From NCBI GenBank assembly GCA_035463095.1, contig DATHTR010000046.1, forward strand, positions 165-64,164: a DNA stretch of 64,000 nt. Direction: 5' to 3'. The first letter of the stretch is position 1. Each line of letters opens with the position of its first letter. The notes under the pieces were generated by a model, which was given only the letters and a program-made list of their open reading frames with translations, did no database searches and was not told the origin of the DNA. This DNA is from Candidatus Angelobacter sp. (GTDB lineage Bacteria > Chloroflexota > Limnocylindria > QHBO01). The position numbers and the translations under genes are program-made. Shown piece after piece: positions 53,891-63,182 of this stretch.

Positions 53891-55593
53891 TGCGCGACCT
53901 GGTAGATGCGCTCGATGTCCCACTCGCCGGGCGTCATCACCGGCGTGTTCCGCATCGGGACATCGAGGACGGTCGGGCGCCCGCTGGCAAGGGCGGCGCG
54001 CAGCGCCGGCTCGAGCTCGTCCGACCCGTTGACCCTGACCCCGTCTGCGCCGGAGGCACGCGCGATGGCCGCGAAGTCCGGGCTGTACGCGTGCCCGTCC
54101 GCCTCGAACTCGCAGCCGTACCCCGTGCCGTAGTGCTTGCGCTGCAGCCCGGCGATCGTGCCGAATGCGGCGTTGTTCATGACGAGCCAGATCGGCGCGA
54201 TGCCCATCTCCACGGCGGTCGCCACCACGCTCGGGTTCGAGCCGAATGCGCCATCCCCGACCAGGGCGAGCGCGGGGCGCCCGGTGTCCGCGGACGCGAC
54301 GCCGATGACCGCCGCCGGCCCGAACCCCATGGTCGAGAACCCGCCAGGTGTCAGGAACGAATCCGGGCCGTCCACCGGGTACTGCTGCCCCACGCCGTTC
54401 TTGTTCCAGCCCACGTCGGTGACCAGGATCGCGCCGGGCGCCGCACGCCGCACATCGGCCAGGATGCGCTCCGGCAGGAGTGGGAACTCCTCCGATCGAG
54501 CGTTCGCGCGGCTCGGCTCGAGGAAGCGCTCCCGCTCGTCGCGCAGCGCCGCCCAGTCGTAGCCCCGGTCCGGGGTCGGAGCGCCGTACGCATCGGCAAC
54601 GGCCCCCAGCCCCAGGGCGGCGTCGGTCGTGGCCGCGATGGTCGCGGGATAGTTGCGGCCGGGCTCGTGCGGATCGATGTCGAGCTGGAGCAGCCGGGTG
54701 GGCGGGATGCTGAACGTCACGTCGCGCTCCCAGCTGCTGCTGTCGGTCTCGGGAAAGCGGGTGCCGACCGCGAGGAGCACGTCCGCCTCCCGCGCGACAC
54801 GGTTCGCGGACGGCGAACCCCAGAACCCGACCATGCCGAGCAGCTGCGGATGGTCCGGCGGCAGGACGCCCGTGCCCATGAGCGTATGGACGACCGGGAG
54901 CCCGGCCTGCTCGGCGAGCCGGCGCACCTCGGCCCCGGCTCGGCGCGTGCCGCCACCGGCCAGCAGAACGGGGCGTCGCGCCGATCGGAGCTCATCCGCG
55001 ATCGCGCGGGCGGTCGCCTCGGGCAGCGCGGGCGCGGCGAGCGGCGAGGATGGCCAGACCTCGGACTCGAACGGCTCGGCCAGGATGTCCATCGGCAGGG
55101 ACACGAGCACCGGCCCGGGCCGGCCGGCGAGCGCGAGATCCCAGGCGCGAGCCAGGACGCGCGGCACCTGGTCCGCCCGACGCACCCGCCAGGCGCGCTT
55201 GACGAATGCCTCGTAGACGGAGACCTGATCGGCGTCGCGCCGCAGGTTGAACTCCTGGTGCGGCCCTCGGCCCTCGTAGTACGACGGAACGTCACCGGCG
55301 AGGACGAGCATCGGCACCGAATCGAACGCCGCGGTCGCCACGCCGGTCGCCGCGTTCGTCATGCCCGGCCCGACGTGCAGGATCACGACGCCGGGGCGTC
55401 CCGTGGCGCGAGCGTATCCGTCTGCGGCATGAGCGGCGATCTGCTCATGGCGCGTCGTCACGAAGCGGGGGGCTCCGGCGCGCTCGATGGCGGCCAGGAG
55501 GGAGATGTTCGTGTGCCCGCAGAGCCCGAAGGCCTGGTCCACGCCACGGTCCGTGAGGAACCGGGCGATATGGTCGGCAACCGTTGGGTTCAT
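53887..55593 (-). CDS. thiamine diphosphate-dependent enzyme (acetolactate synthase / Xsc / oxalyl-CoA decarboxylase superfamily, 568 aa)
   Basis: ORF trimmed to ATG 55593 (GGAG 6 nt upstream). VADHIARFL...AFGLCGH, GPGMTNAATGVATA, and ThDP motif GDGAFGSN...LVMNNAAFG. Confidence 0.9.
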   Translation of the reverse strand: MNPTVADHIARFLTDRGVDQAFGLCGHTNISLLAAIERAGAPRFVTTRHEQIAAHAADGYARATGRPGVVILHVGPGMTNAATGVATAAFDSVPMLVLAGDVPSYYEGRGPHQEFNLRRDADQVSVYEAFVKRAWRVRRADQVPRVLARAWDLALAGRPGPVLVSLPMDILAEPFESEVWPSSPLAAPALPEATARAIADELRSARRPVLLAGGGTRRAGAEVRRLAEQAGLPVVHTLMGTGVLPPDHPQLLGMVGFWGSPSANRVAREADVLLAVGTRFPETDSSSWERDVTFSIPPTRLLQLDIDPHEPGRNYPATIAATTDAALGLGAVADAYGAPTPDRGYDWAALRDERERFLEPSRANARSEEFPLLPERILADVRRAAPGAILVTDVGWNKNGVGQQYPVDGPDSFLTPGGFSTMGFGPAAVIGVASADTGRPALALVGDGAFGSNPSVVATAVEMGIAPIWLVMNNAAFGTIAGLQRKHYGTGYGCEFEADGHAYSPDFAAIARASGADGVRVNGSDELEPALRAALASGRPTVLDVPMRNTPVMTPGEWDIERIYQVAQ

Positions 55594-55642
55594 GCCATCT
55601 CCATTCGCACTGCGTCCGCCCTTGCGCCCGACGGCTCCAGAT

Positions 55643-55660
55643 CCCACATATTGGACTCCG
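55643..55660. promoter_or_regulatory. candidate operator motif CCCACATA-TTGGACTCCG in the divergent TPP / Gfo promoter region
   Basis: Low-GC patch. Shares CCACATA(G)TTGGAC with the site upstream of the TRAP operon (63130..63150). Confidence 0.3.
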
Positions 55661-55792
55661 CAGTCCGGTATGAGGAACGTTGCCGTCTCACTTCGCCAGT
55701 GTCAAGTGTACGTCGTCGCCACCGTTGACACCGATCAGCGAGGGCTCCTACGCTGCCAACGATTCCACAACACGGATTGTTGCTACGGCATA

Positions 55793-56878
55793 GTGGGAAC
55801 GGAGACGCGGGCCCCGCATCGAGTCGCGATCGTCGGCGCCGGCAGCATCGGTCGCCGCCACGCTGCCCTGCTCGCGGCCTCGCCGCGCACCATGGTGGCC
55901 GCCGTGGTCGACCCCGATCCACGCGCAGAAGCGGTGGCCGACGCGAACGGCGCGCCGTGGCTTGCCGACCTCGACCGTCTGCTCGACAGGGATCGACCCG
56001 ATGCCGCCATCATCGCCACGCCGAATGCCCTCCATCGCGAGCAGGCCGAGCGTTGCATCGCGCGGGGGATCCCCGTCCTGGTCGAAAAGCCGATCGCGAC
56101 GTCGGTCGAGGATGGCGAACGGATCGCCGATGCCGCCGAGCGGCGTGGCGTGCCGGTCCTGGTCGGCCACCACCGACGCCACAGCTCGTTCCTGGCCGCT
56201 GCCCAAGGCCTCGTCGGCGATGGCGCCCTCGGTCAGGTCGTGGCCGTGTCAGCGACCACCATCTTCGCCAAGCCGAGCGAGTACTTCGCCGCGGCTCCGT
56301 GGCGTCGGGAGCCGGGTGGTGGCCCGGTCCTGATCAACCTCATCCACGACGTCGATGCGCTCCGAGCGCTCGCCGGCGAGGTGGCAGAGGTGCACGCAAT
56401 CGCGTCCGGGGTGGTGCGCGGGCTGGTGGTGGAGGACTCCGCAGCCGTCATCCTTCGTTTCGTGGGTGGCGCCATCGGCACCATGCTGCTCTCCGACGTG
56501 GCGGCATCGCCGTTGAGCTGGGAATCGACGTCAGGCGAGGATCCGATCTATCCGCGCTACACCGACCGGGACTGTTACGTCGTGGCCGGCACGCACGGCA
56601 CCCTGGGCGTCCCCACCATGCGCCTCACCACCTCCGACGGCGACCCGTCGTGGCACCGGACCATGGTGAGCACCACGATCAGGGTCGAGCCGGCGGACCC
56701 GCTGCAGCGTCAGCTGGATCACTTCTGCGACGTCATCGATGGCGCCGCCACGCCTGCCTCGTCCGCGCGGGATGCGGTCGAGTCTCTGCGCGTGACGCTG
56801 GCCATCGCCGAGGCCGCCAGCACCGGCCGAGCCGTCGCCTGCGCGCCGTCGGGCGCGATGGCGAAGCCCTCGTCTTGA
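55793..56878 (+). CDS. Gfo/Idh/MocA family NAD(P)-dependent oxidoreductase (361 aa)
   Basis: ORF 55487 trimmed to GTG 55793 (start uncertain, no clear SD). Rossmann RVAIVGAGSIGRRH, IATPNALH, VLVEKPIA. Confidence 0.75.
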   Translation: MGTETRAPHRVAIVGAGSIGRRHAALLAASPRTMVAAVVDPDPRAEAVADANGAPWLADLDRLLDRDRPDAAIIATPNALHREQAERCIARGIPVLVEKPIATSVEDGERIADAAERRGVPVLVGHHRRHSSFLAAAQGLVGDGALGQVVAVSATTIFAKPSEYFAAAPWRREPGGGPVLINLIHDVDALRALAGEVAEVHAIASGVVRGLVVEDSAAVILRFVGGAIGTMLLSDVAASPLSWESTSGEDPIYPRYTDRDCYVVAGTHGTLGVPTMRLTTSDGDPSWHRTMVSTTIRVEPADPLQRQLDHFCDVIDGAATPASSARDAVESLRVTLAIAEAASTGRAVACAPSGAMAKPSS

Positions 56879-56999
56879 CAGGCCACGGGGCCGATCCTAC
56901 GCTCAGTTCGTTCCCGCTCAGTGGGCTCATCCTCCAAGATACTGGAAACGTTCGGCGCGTCGTGACCAGCCCACGGGCGTGGCCGGCAGGGAGTAGAAC

Positions 57000-58409
57000 A
57001 TGGCACCTCGGCCCATCACCCCCGAAGAGACGGCTCACGTCGATGAGCTCGTGGCACGTGGCCGTGCCGCGCTCGCCGCGTTTGCAGACGCCACCCAGGA
57101 CCAGGTGGATCGGCTCTGCCAGGCGGTCGCCTGGGAGGTCGCCAACGAGCGAACGTTCACGCGGCTGGCGCACATGGGGGTCGAGGAGTCGGGCATCGGC
57201 GACCCGGTGAGCCGCGTCGGGAAGCGCATGAAGGTGATGGGCATCCTGCGTGACGTGCTGCGCCAGAAGAGCATCGGCGTGATCGATGAGATGCCGGAGC
57301 GCGGCATCGTCAAGTACGCCAAGCCGGTCGGGCTGATCGCGTCCCTGGTGCCCACCACCAACCCCGAGCTCACCCCTCCCGGGGTGGGCATGTTCGCGAT
57401 CAAGTGCCGTGATGCGGTCATCTTCTCGCCGCATCCCCGGAGCAAGCGCACGACCCGCGCAACGGTGGAGCTCATGCGACGGGCGCTCGAACGAGAAGGA
57501 GCTCCGGCCGACCTGATCCAGTGCCTCGACAAGCCGAGCATTCCGTCGGCCCAGTACCTGATGACCCGGGCCGACATGGTCCAGGCCACGGGCGGGCGTG
57601 ACATGGTGAAGGCCGCCTACAGCTCCGGGACGCCGGCCTACGGCGTCGGCGCGGGCAACTCGACGATGGTCATCGACGAGACGGCCGACGTGGCCGACGC
57701 AGCGCGAAACACCGCGACGAGCAAGACGTCGGACTTCGGGTCCGGGTGCTCCGCGGACGGCAACCTTCTGGTCGAGTCGAGCATCTACGACGCGTTCCGC
57801 GATTGCCTGGTCGCCGAGGGCGGTCACCTCCTCGCCCCCGGCGAGGCCGAGAGGCTGCGAGCCATCTACTGGGACGACGAGGGGCACCGCACGCCGGACA
57901 CGATCGCGGTGTCCGCCCAGCAGCTCGCCGCGAAAGCGGGCTTCGAGATCGCCGAGGACCGGCGGTTCCTCATCAGCGAGCAGACCGAGATCGGCGCGCA
58001 CAACCCGTTCAGCTCCGAGAAGCTCGGCGTCCTCCTCTCCCTGTTCCGGTACGACGGCTTCGACGAGGCGCTGCGGATGGTCCAGGCGGTGTACGAGGTC
58101 GGCGGGAAGGGCCACTCGTGCGGGATCTACTCCTTCGACGACGACCACATCGATCGGCTCGCCCGGCTGGCGCCGGTCAGCCGGATCATGGTTCGCCAGC
58201 CGCAGTCCAAGGCGAACGCCGGCTCGTTCACGAACGGCATGCCGATGACCTCGAGCCTCGGCTGCGGCACGTGGGGCGGCAACATCACCTCCGAGAACAT
58301 CCACCTCAAGCACTACATGAACACGACCTGGGTGAGCCGGCCGACCGCCGAGGATCGACCGTCGGAGGAGGAGCTGTTCGGCGAGTTCTACGGCAGGCCC
58401 GTCGACTGA
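57000..58409 (+). CDS. CoA-acylating aldehyde dehydrogenase, SucD/SauS-type (469 aa)
   Basis: AGGGAG upstream. VKAAYSSGTPAYGVGAGNS, catalytic-Cys region FGSGCSAD, GHSCGIYS, RIMVRQPQSKANAGSFTNGMPMTSSLGCGTWGGNITSENI. These closely parallel the Clostridium kluyveri SucD motifs as I recall them. Confidence 0.85.
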   Translation: MAPRPITPEETAHVDELVARGRAALAAFADATQDQVDRLCQAVAWEVANERTFTRLAHMGVEESGIGDPVSRVGKRMKVMGILRDVLRQKSIGVIDEMPERGIVKYAKPVGLIASLVPTTNPELTPPGVGMFAIKCRDAVIFSPHPRSKRTTRATVELMRRALEREGAPADLIQCLDKPSIPSAQYLMTRADMVQATGGRDMVKAAYSSGTPAYGVGAGNSTMVIDETADVADAARNTATSKTSDFGSGCSADGNLLVESSIYDAFRDCLVAEGGHLLAPGEAERLRAIYWDDEGHRTPDTIAVSAQQLAAKAGFEIAEDRRFLISEQTEIGAHNPFSSEKLGVLLSLFRYDGFDEALRMVQAVYEVGGKGHSCGIYSFDDDHIDRLARLAPVSRIMVRQPQSKANAGSFTNGMPMTSSLGCGTWGGNITSENIHLKHYMNTTWVSRPTAEDRPSEEELFGEFYGRPVD

Positions 58410-59218
58410 TGTCGGTCCTCGAGAAGGCCAGCCTGATCCTGGATGCGGTGGCGGACTCGCCGGAGGATGCCAACCTGACGTCGATCGCCCAGCGGCTCGG
58501 CCAGCCGCGATCGTCGACGCACCGCCTGCTGTCCGAGCTCGTGCAGCTCGGCCTCCTCCTGCGTGTCGGGTCTGCCACGTACGTGCCGGGACCGAGGCTC
58601 GCGCGCTGGGGCGACGCGGCAGCGGGCAGCGCGGACATCGTTCGCGTCGCGAGGCCGATCATGGTTCGCCTCCGTGACGCCGCCGGCGAGAGCGTCCATC
58701 TCTACGTGCGCCAGCGCGATCGCCGCGTGTGCGTCTCCGCCGTCGAAGGCAACTACGAGCTCCGCCACTTCACCGAGGTCGGCAAGCCGCTCCCGCTCTC
58801 CGTCGGCGCGTCCGGGAAGGTCCTGCTGGCCTTCGCCGATCCGACCACCCAGGCCCAGGAGCTCCGTCGTGTCGCGCGCCAGCCTCTGACCCCGCGCGCG
58901 CTGGCCGAAGCCGAGCTCCGTGCCCAGCTGGAGCGCATCGGTCAGACCGAATGGTCGATGTCGTTCGGCGAGCGCGAAGAGGGACTCGCTGCCGCCGCGG
59001 TGCCCATCCGGAACCAGGCCGGCGTGGTCCATGCCGCGCTCTCGATCTCCGGGCCCACCGCCCGCCTGAGCGCCGAACGGTTCGAGGAGCTCCGTGCGGA
59101 CCTGGCTGCGGCCGCGGCGGAGATCAGTCGCACCCTGGGCTGGACCGCGCCCGGCATCGCCGGCCGGGCTGCCGCCTCCGCGGACGTGCCGGTCAGCCCC
59201 GCTGCAGCAGGGCGCTGA
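58409..59218 (+). CDS. IclR family transcriptional regulator, copy 1 (269 aa)
   Basis: TGATG junction with the aldehyde dehydrogenase. MSVLEKASLILDAV...LTSIAQRLGQPRSSTHRLLSEL, then an IclR effector domain (GASGKVLLAF ... EREEGLAAAAVPI). Confidence 0.85.
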   Translation: MSVLEKASLILDAVADSPEDANLTSIAQRLGQPRSSTHRLLSELVQLGLLLRVGSATYVPGPRLARWGDAAAGSADIVRVARPIMVRLRDAAGESVHLYVRQRDRRVCVSAVEGNYELRHFTEVGKPLPLSVGASGKVLLAFADPTTQAQELRRVARQPLTPRALAEAELRAQLERIGQTEWSMSFGEREEGLAAAAVPIRNQAGVVHAALSISGPTARLSAERFEELRADLAAAAAEISRTLGWTAPGIAGRAAASADVPVSPAAAGR

Positions 59219-59933
59219 CCTCCCCGGCGCATCGCACGAGCGGCCCCTTCATCTCCTCGAACCGATCCGCGCCGAGACGAGTGGTCGGCGCCGAGATGCA
59301 CAGAGCGGCCACGACCCGGTCACGGGAATCGACGATCGCCGTCGCCACCGCCGAGACACCCTCCTCGCGCTCACCGATCGACGTTGCCCACCGTTCGGCG
59401 TGGACCTGCTGCAATTGCTCGGCAAGGCGCGGACCGGGCGCGTTCGGCAGCGTCGAACCGTCGTCGACCGCTCGCTTCAGTTCCTGATCCCGGACGTCCG
59501 CCGGGGCGAACGCGAGCAGCAGCTTGCCTGCGGCACCGACGCGCAGCGAGAGGGGTCGCCCCAGCTGGATGAACGGGCGGAGCTCGTGCCGGCCCTCGAC
59601 GGCGGCGATGCAGATCCGCGTGTCGTGGTCCCGCACGTACAGGTGGACCGACTCGCCGAGCTGATCACGCAGGGTGCGCATCGGTCCCTCGGCGACGGCT
59701 CGCAGGTCGAAGGTGTCCGCCGCTGCCTCGCCCCAGTACAGGAGGCGCGGGCCGAGCGAGTAGCGTCCGTCCTCCGTCCGGCGGACGATGCCCAGCGCGG
59801 CGAGCTCGCCGAGCAGACGGTGCGTCGAGGACTTCGGCATGCCGAGGGCCGATCGGACGTATCCGAGGGTGACCGGCTCCCCGGCACGCCCGAGGCAGTC
59901 GATCAGCTCGCTCGCCTTCTCCAGCACGGACAT
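59193..59933 (-). CDS. IclR family transcriptional regulator, copy 2 (246 aa)
   Basis: MSVLEKASELIDCL...LGYVRSALGMPKSSTHRLLGEL, GAAGKLLLAF, EREEGVSAVATAI. Last gene of the TRAP string. Its 3' end overlaps copy 1 by 26 nt. Confidence 0.85.
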   Translation of the reverse strand: MSVLEKASELIDCLGRAGEPVTLGYVRSALGMPKSSTHRLLGELAALGIVRRTEDGRYSLGPRLLYWGEAAADTFDLRAVAEGPMRTLRDQLGESVHLYVRDHDTRICIAAVEGRHELRPFIQLGRPLSLRVGAAGKLLLAFAPADVRDQELKRAVDDGSTLPNAPGPRLAEQLQQVHAERWATSIGEREEGVSAVATAIVDSRDRVVAALCISAPTTRLGADRFEEMKGPLVRCAGEVSALLQRG

Positions 59934-59949
59934 CTTCAGTCGCTCGCGA

Positions 59950-61224
59950 TCACAGGCCGATGGCCTCCGGCAGCCACAACGTCAGCGCTGGCACGTAGGT
60001 GATCAGCAGAAGCACGATGAGCATGGCCGGAAGGTAGAACGCCGCGCCCTTGAAAACGCGCTCGACCGGGATGCCGGTCACGGAGCTCAGCACGAAGATC
60101 ACCCCTCCCATCGGCGGCGTCATCAGACCGATCATCAGGTTGAAGATGATGATCGACCCGAGGTGGAGCGGATCGACGCCGAACTGCAGCGCCACCGGCA
60201 GCAGGATGGGCGTGATGATGATCAGCGCGGAGGTGGGCTCCAGCAGCATCCCGAGGAAGATGAGCAGGACGTTGACGATGAGCAGGAACACCCACGGGTT
60301 GTCGGTCAGCCCCAGCAGCCCCTCGGCGACCGTCTGCGGCACCTGCTCCCGCGCGAGGATCCAGCTGAGCAGGGCGGACGCGCCGATGATGAGCATGATC
60401 TGGCCGGTGATGACGGCCGTGTCGCGGAAGATGACCGCGATGTCCCGGGGCTTCAGGGACCGGTACGACAGGGCCAGCAGGAGCATGTACAGCGCGCCGA
60501 TCCCGGCCGCCTCCGTCGGCGTGAAGAACCCACCCAGGATGCCGCCGAGGATGATGACCGGCGCCCCCATCGGCGGGAGGGCTCGCACGATCGCCTTCCG
60601 GACCGCGGGCCAGCTGTACGGATCGCCGACCAGGTCCGGGCGGCGGCGCGACCAGAGGAAGACGGTGAGCACGAGGGCCGCGGTCATGATGATGGCCGGG
60701 ATGACGGCCGCGGCGAAGAGCGCCCCGGTCGACACGGCGGCCACCGAGGCATAGACCACCGCCGGGATGCTGGGCGGCATGATCGGGCTGATGAGCGCCG
60801 AGCTGGCGCTCAGGCCGACCGAGAACTCGGCCGGGTAGCCCTTCTTCCGCATGTGATTGACCTCGATCGAACCGATGCCCGCGGCATCGGCCAGCGAGGC
60901 GCCGCTCATCCAGGAGAACCCGAGGCTGACCGCGATGTTCACGTAGGCGAGACCCGCCCGCAACGGTCCGAGGACGAGCAGCGCGGCATCGTACAGACGA
61001 TCCGCGATCTCCGTGCGGGTTGCGACGATGCCGACCAGGATGAAGAGCGGGACCGCCAGCAGCGGCCAGCTGTTGATGCCCTGCATCACCAGCCGCACTC
61101 CGAGGTGAAGGGTGTAGTCCTCGACGAGCAGGTAGACGAGCGACGGTCCCAGGATCGCGAACGCCATCGGCACCCGCAGGAGGAACAGCGCCAGGATGGC
61201 GAGGAGCAGCAGTGGAAGCGTCAC
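59950..61224 (-). CDS. TRAP transporter large permease subunit (DctM family, 424 aa)
   Basis: 12-13 TM. Typical DctM start LLLLAILALFLLRVPMAFAI and internal conserved stretches. 4-nt overlap with the DctQ-like gene. Confidence 0.9.
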   Translation of the reverse strand: MTLPLLLLAILALFLLRVPMAFAILGPSLVYLLVEDYTLHLGVRLVMQGINSWPLLAVPLFILVGIVATRTEIADRLYDAALLVLGPLRAGLAYVNIAVSLGFSWMSGASLADAAGIGSIEVNHMRKKGYPAEFSVGLSASSALISPIMPPSIPAVVYASVAAVSTGALFAAAVIPAIIMTAALVLTVFLWSRRRPDLVGDPYSWPAVRKAIVRALPPMGAPVIILGGILGGFFTPTEAAGIGALYMLLLALSYRSLKPRDIAVIFRDTAVITGQIMLIIGASALLSWILAREQVPQTVAEGLLGLTDNPWVFLLIVNVLLIFLGMLLEPTSALIIITPILLPVALQFGVDPLHLGSIIIFNLMIGLMTPPMGGVIFVLSSVTGIPVERVFKGAAFYLPAMLIVLLLITYVPALTLWLPEAIGL

Positions 61225-61853
61225 GCCGATGCCTCCGCCCGTCCGATGAGGGCGGGCACGTCGACGAGCAGGATGCCGAGCAGCGCCCGCAGGGCGACGA
61301 GGCTGAAGCCGACGATCGGGACGGCATTCACGAATCGCAGCGGAAGCTGCGCGGCGGCGGTGACCTGACCGATGTCACTGTCGATGAGCTGCCAGATGGC
61401 GTACACCAGGACGAGGCAGGTCACCAGCACGGCCAGATTGACGAACAGCTTGACCGCGGCCAGCGCCCGGCCGCCGAGAACCCAGTCCACGACATGGATG
61501 GCGATGTGGCGGTCGTGGGCGGCCAGGTATCCGGCCATCACGAAGGTGGCCCAGACCATCGACAGGCGTGCCACCTCGCCGGTCCACGGCCACGACCCGG
61601 GGACGTAGCGCTGTGCCACCTGGGCCAGCACCAGCACCAGGATGACGACGAGGAGCGCGGAGCCGACGATCTGCTCGATCACCCCGATGGCGTGCAGGAT
61701 CGAGCGCCACGGCTGCCGCGCCGGCAGCAGCTCGGGGTTCGACTCGCCCCCGAGGCCCTCAGCCTCGGCGGGAATCTCGGCTTCGGCGTGCGCGTCGGCC
61801 GAGGACGCGACGCGGTCGGGCGGGCGGTCTCCGTCAGGGGCCATCAGGCGCAC
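61221..61853 (-). CDS. TRAP transporter small permease subunit (DctQ family, up to 210 aa)
   Basis: Four TM helices after a ~50-aa acidic N-terminal extension. Start uncertain (GTG 61853 or ATG 61844, AGGAGG just upstream). Confidence 0.75.
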   Translation of the reverse strand: MRLMAPDGDRPPDRVASSADAHAEAEIPAEAEGLGGESNPELLPARQPWRSILHAIGVIEQIVGSALLVVILVLVLAQVAQRYVPGSWPWTGEVARLSMVWATFVMAGYLAAHDRHIAIHVVDWVLGGRALAAVKLFVNLAVLVTCLVLVYAIWQLIDSDIGQVTAAAQLPLRFVNAVPIVGFSLVALRALLGILLVDVPALIGRAEASA

Positions 61854-61954
61854 GTCCTCCTGCGCGCGACCACGAACCGGCCGCGCCAGAACATTCTGGC
61901 CGGGTGGGAGCCGACGGTGCCCGGCTTCTCAGCGCGGGCACCGTCGTTCCGAGC

Positions 61955-63031
61955 CTAGTCGTCCGCGGCGGACCGGATCGCCTCGAGAACGGCGATCTGC
62001 TCCTCGGTGAACGCATCCCGCAGGAACGGCTCCGCTCGCTCGCGGAATGCCTCGCGATCGACGTCCTCAACGATCTCCATGTTGCCGCTCTCGCGCCATC
62101 CGGCGAGGATCTCCTCCTCGGCTTCGGCAGCGCACTCCGGCTCACGGACCATCGCCTCTTCGGTGGCCGCGGTCAGTGCGTCCTGCTGCTCCGCGCTCAG
62201 CTCGTTCCAGACCTCGCCGATGATGACCAGGTTGGAGCTGAGCTGGTGGCTCGACAGGCTGATGTAGTCCTGGACCTCGTCGAGGTTGATGGCCTCGATG
62301 TTCGTGATCGGGTTCTCCTGCCCGTCGACGGTGCCCTGCTGCAGAGCGAGGTAGAGCTCCTCGAACGCGACCTCGACGGCCTCGGCGCCCATCGCCTCCG
62401 CGTTCAGGAGGAACGTGGGAGACGGCGGGAACCGCATGCGGAGGCCCTGGAGGTCGTCCGGGCTCCGAATCGGCACGTTCGCGGTGAACTGGCGTGCACC
62501 GGTGTTCCAGGCACCGAGGATGTGCACGCCCGTCTCGGCCTCGAAGCCCTCCTTGAGCTCGTCCGAGGCCTCGCTGGAGAAGAACCGATAGAGGTGATCG
62601 CTGTCGTCGAACACGAACGCGCCGTCCACCACGCTCATCGGTGCGTACACGGCCGCGAGGGCGGATGCGCCCTGGATGTCGATGTCGATGTCGCCCGCGA
62701 TCACCGACTGGATCCGGTCGGCGTCACCGCCCAGCTGGCTTGCCCCGAAGATCTCGATGGTCAGTCCGACGTCGGCCGCCTCCGCCATCTCCTTGATGAT
62801 GTTCGCGCCGCACTCAACCTGTGGCTGGCCCTCCTGGTAGCTGTGGGCCAGGGTCAGCTCGACCTCCTCCGGCGCCGGGGCCTCGGACGCCGGCTCCGAC
62901 GGCTGGTCCGTGGCCGGGTCACTCGCCGCCGGGCTGTCGGTGGGTTCGTCCGTGGTCGTTCCCTCTCCGCAGGCCGTCAACACCAGCAGTGCTGCGAGCA
63001 CGAGGATGAGGGTCCGGGGTCGCCTGCTCAT
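61955..63031 (-). CDS. TRAP transporter solute-binding protein (DctP family) lipoprotein (358 aa)
   Basis: GGAAGGGA upstream. Signal/lipobox LVLTAC. Acidic linker, then a DctP-like body (TLAHSY..., GLRMRFPPSP, QQGTVDGQENP). Confidence 0.85.
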   Translation of the reverse strand: MSRRPRTLILVLAALLVLTACGEGTTTDEPTDSPAASDPATDQPSEPASEAPAPEEVELTLAHSYQEGQPQVECGANIIKEMAEAADVGLTIEIFGASQLGGDADRIQSVIAGDIDIDIQGASALAAVYAPMSVVDGAFVFDDSDHLYRFFSSEASDELKEGFEAETGVHILGAWNTGARQFTANVPIRSPDDLQGLRMRFPPSPTFLLNAEAMGAEAVEVAFEELYLALQQGTVDGQENPITNIEAINLDEVQDYISLSSHQLSSNLVIIGEVWNELSAEQQDALTAATEEAMVREPECAAEAEEEILAGWRESGNMEIVEDVDREAFRERAEPFLRDAFTEEQIAVLEAIRSAADD

Positions 63032-63129
63032 GGTTGTTCCCTTCCGATGCGCGTTACCGACGAAGGGGCCCGAGGGGGCCGGTGGGCGGATGCTGCCCGT
63101 CCGGCTCCGACGAAGCCGAACATGCTGCT

Positions 63130-63150
63130 GTGTTCCACATAGTTGGACAC
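63130..63150. promoter_or_regulatory. imperfect palindrome GTGTTCCAC-ATA-GTTGGACAC upstream of the TRAP operon; candidate IclR operator
   Basis: The arms match 7 of 9 positions as inverted repeats. Low-GC patch about 100 nt upstream of the DctP ATG. Core shared with 55643..55660. Confidence 0.3.
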
Positions 63151-63182
63151 CGATCTATCATACGGGACAGGAATGGCGTCGG

